A DNA stretch of 51,756 nt from Ionaspis alba (taxonomy: Eukaryota). Shown piece after piece: positions 49,027 through 51,756 of the stretch (its first letter is position 1; every line of letters starts with the position of its first letter). The translations under genes were made by a program, and so were the position numbers. Below the pieces are notes generated by a model that was not told where the DNA came from, ran no database searches, and saw only the letters and a program-made list of their open reading frames with translations. The stretch covers positions 1 to 51,756 of the forward strand of contig CAXUUL010000033.1 of NCBI GenBank assembly GCA_964255285.1, in the 5' to 3' direction.

Positions 49027-50803
49027 AACGAGGTATATATGAGATATTATCGAGAGGGAGGAGAGCTGTTCCAAAAGGGATGCGAGCAGGAGAAGGCGGA
49101 GGATGCTCCCGGAGAAATAAATCTCGCTTACATAAACGCAGCTCCGGTCCCCTGGCTAACGGTCCCGCATCTTGGCACAGCGGCTATCCCCACGTTTTTC
49201 TTGTTTATCGGGTGTGGGTGGGTGGGGGCAGAGTGAGGCTGAAATTCGATCTCGGTTGGTCGCATAATTTTCTTGTTGTCGTACAGGATCCGGTGTTGTG
49301 CGCAACAACAATGCCAAACCCTAAGGAAAACGTTTACGTCATCGCAAAGGGCAACACCTGGATCGGAGAGCTCGAATCACAGAGCTCCTGTTCGAGGCTT
49401 TGCAGTTTGGATCAAGCCGACTTCTCTCGCCGGATCCGAGAGACGAAGGGGGCAACGGTGTTTTGGCAAGTACTGATGAGGTCACCCACGTCAATGGCCA
49501 GACACTGCCCAGAAAGCACTCCGAGCCTGTGAACGCACCACTTGTCAGCACACAGCGAGGGTGACAGAGGATTCTCGTCCACCTGCCCGAGCAGGAACCT
49601 GTGTGTTTGGTGGGTTGCATGTGGGAGAACTTTACGAGGACGCGAAACACAAGACGGCACTGATAGGCCAGATGACTCGAGATCAACACATACACACTGA
49701 GAAGTGACAAGTGCACTTGCCATTCTGCGATGCCGAAAGGCTTGTCTATCATCTCTGGTGATCCATACCAGCGCAACTTCACCAGTTCCGGCCGCATTGA
49801 TTACCTTTAGATATCGACGCTATCATGGTCTCTCTACACTACATATCTGTTTTTTTCGACTACGCAGATCTCCTTCCTAAATCTCCTCTCGGCTCACCAC
49901 CGTCCAGGCTAGCTTGTTCATCGCACCAGGTTCGCTGGCTTGGTATAGTGAAGCTAGCGGACTTACGCCGCCTTCTGAAAAAGACGGAAGTAACCGGGCT
50001 CTAGGCGTTTGTGGACAGTCCGGCGAGCAACGAACAGCAGAAGTCTGAAGGTTATGCCTATATCCAAAGGCAATGGCGTGATTTCTGCAACACACTCGCT
50101 CAGAACTTTGAGGCTGGGTTGGAATCCTGAGAACTTGCCCAACTGATAGGGGGTGATTTGGCCTCCTTTCCCGAGAGCTTGCGCAACAGATATGGGAGGA
50201 CGCGGTCTGGACATTGAGCTGGTGGCTTGGTATATTCAACGTGAGCTATTTCGCCGGGTTCATGAAGAAGCGGATCGGGAATCGACTTGAGAAAATGGAT
50301 ATGGCTGCTCACGCGCTCGCGAACTGGCCTACGATGAGGAGGAGTAGGAGACGCCGGGACTGTGCATTTGGTCATAGTCTATAGTTAGAGAATAATGAAC
50401 ATTCAACAATCGCATTTGCCACACGAATAAAATATCTGGAACTATGATATTCTGAGTGCACCACCTACAACAGTCCTCGTAAGAGTTCTTCCGAACCATA
50501 GAGTGTTAGCTGTCCTTCATAACTCTGATACCCTAACCATAATCGAGAAATCGTGACCTAGAAGTAGGGCTTGCAGGGGTCTACCGACCGGACGGGCTGG
50601 ACAGCGCCTCGGCCGCACTACGTCACTGCTACAAACTTGGGTGTTGCAAAACAAAATACAGCACTCTGTTCAGTCTACAATTGCAGAGCTCTTCCAATTT
50701 AACCAACTTCTAGAACAACTCCTGCGTATCACTCACTTGACTCAATTATTCCATCCTCCTTTCAAACTACAACCAATCCTTAGCTTCCACCTCAACTTCA
50801 AAA

Positions 50804-51395
50804 ATGGATCCCACCGGCCCCGCCCAACCCAATCTCGACGCCGCCTACGAAACCTCTGGCAACCCCGCTTCCCAAACCTCCTCCGAGAAATCTCAAGCCA
50901 ACAAAAACGCCTCCTCAATCTCCGGCTCCATCGTTGAGCAGCGCGAACGCGGCGACATCCCGGTCCCTTCAACACACGACCAAGAGCCGACATCCAGCTC
51001 CCTCGGCTACGGCGCTACGGACGCGAGTGGAGACAAGGGCGATTCAGTGCGTACTACTTCTCCTATGCCATTTCTATTCCTCCCCACCTGTCGCCGCTCC
51101 CCTCTGCCGCGTCTATCAATCGCATGTACTGATATCACATCTCCTACAGATTTCCCAAGGCGCCTCCAACACCGAGGGCGAGCAAATGCGCGCTCCAGGT
51201 GAGGGTGACGTCTACAACGCGCAGTTTCACAAAACGGGAATGGGCGAGCAGCAGGACTTGGCGAGTGATTTGGATCGGAAGAAGGCGGAGCAGGCGGGAG
51301 CGAGGGAGGAGGTTAAGAGCCAGAGGAAGGAGAAGGTGGATGTGGGGGGTGCGTTGGGGGGGAGGACCGGGCCGAGTGTTGTTGAGGGGCGGTGA
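50804..51395 (+). CDS. Small hydrophilic conserved fungal protein (162 aa)
   Basis: Exons 50804-51046 and 51150-51395 (intron GTGCGT..ACTGAT..CTACAG). Product: MDPTGPAQPNLDAAYETSGN..GDKGDS|ISQGASNTEGEQMRAPGEGDV..GEQQDLASDLDRKKAEQAGAREEVKSQRKEKVDVGGALGGRTGP. Confidence 0.85.
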
Positions 51396-51706
51396 GGAGA
51401 GAGAGACCATGTGGGTGTTATGAATTTAACCATTTTTTAGGCGATTGATTTATCCATGCGATCTTCGATGATCGGGGCGATAGGTCGCTGCCAATCAGAG
51501 TCGCTGCTACTTCATCTAGCTTCGTTGCAAATTTAGACTATGCTGATGCACCGCTTCATGCTCTGATCTGCGACCTACAGGTCTCTTTCTCCGAGCAGGC
51601 TAGACCTCTGCCAAACAATCAGCCATATATCAAGCCCCGAAATTCGTTTGACTAACCTTTTCTTCCCTGTCCCAACCTCAAACTCGAACAGCAAGAGCCT
51701 CAATCC

Positions 51707-51756
51707 ATGACAACCATGGCAACCAAAAAATACCCATCCTCAACCCGCTCTCCCAC
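51707..51756 (+). CDS. Possible start of the next gene (MTTMATKKYPSSTRSP...), truncated by the window edge
   Basis: The ATG follows an intron-like 3' end (ACTAAC, pyrimidine tract, CAG at 51689-51691), and the frame stays open to the end of the window. Too short to verify. Confidence 0.3.
   Translation, partial: MTTMATKKYPSSTRSP

Noticed and set aside
48872..49081. Second 55-bp direct repeat flanking Ns
   Set aside because: Same assembly artefact. ORFs spanning the Ns, such as 48811-49236, are unreliable.

Overview
Eukaryotic DNA from a filamentous ascomycete (Pezizomycotina), judged from short GT..AG introns with CTAAC/CTGAC-type branch sites and from the proteins themselves. I spliced the genes by hand. 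The window is mainly housekeeping genes: a PP2A B55 subunit (CDC55/pabA), a YEA4-type nucleotide-sugar transporter, the dynamin DNM1, a signal-peptide-bearing PEBP protein, ABP1/abpA, a large F-box/zinc-finger protein, AMP deaminase, the RAD17/RAD24 clamp loader, a 9-exon uncharacterised gene, a She3-like coiled-coil protein, an FHA-kinase-FHA checkpoint kinase (RAD53-like) and a small hydrophilic protein. Three stretches (about 33.4-38.3, 45.6-47.5 and 48.2-50.4 kb) hold only broken reading frames. The two 100-N gaps are each flanked by an exact 55-bp duplication, which is an assembly artefact. The most unusual element is missing from the ORF track because it runs off the left edge: an uninterrupted minus-strand ORF of at least 949 codons (2848 to <1). 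It combines a diverged copy of a conserved fungal domain of unknown function with about seven degenerate copies of the Som1/Flo8-type LQDYQMQLMLLEQQ helix. I see no CRISPR array, rRNA, tRNA, intact transposon or biosynthetic cluster. Family names come from recalled motifs, not database searches.
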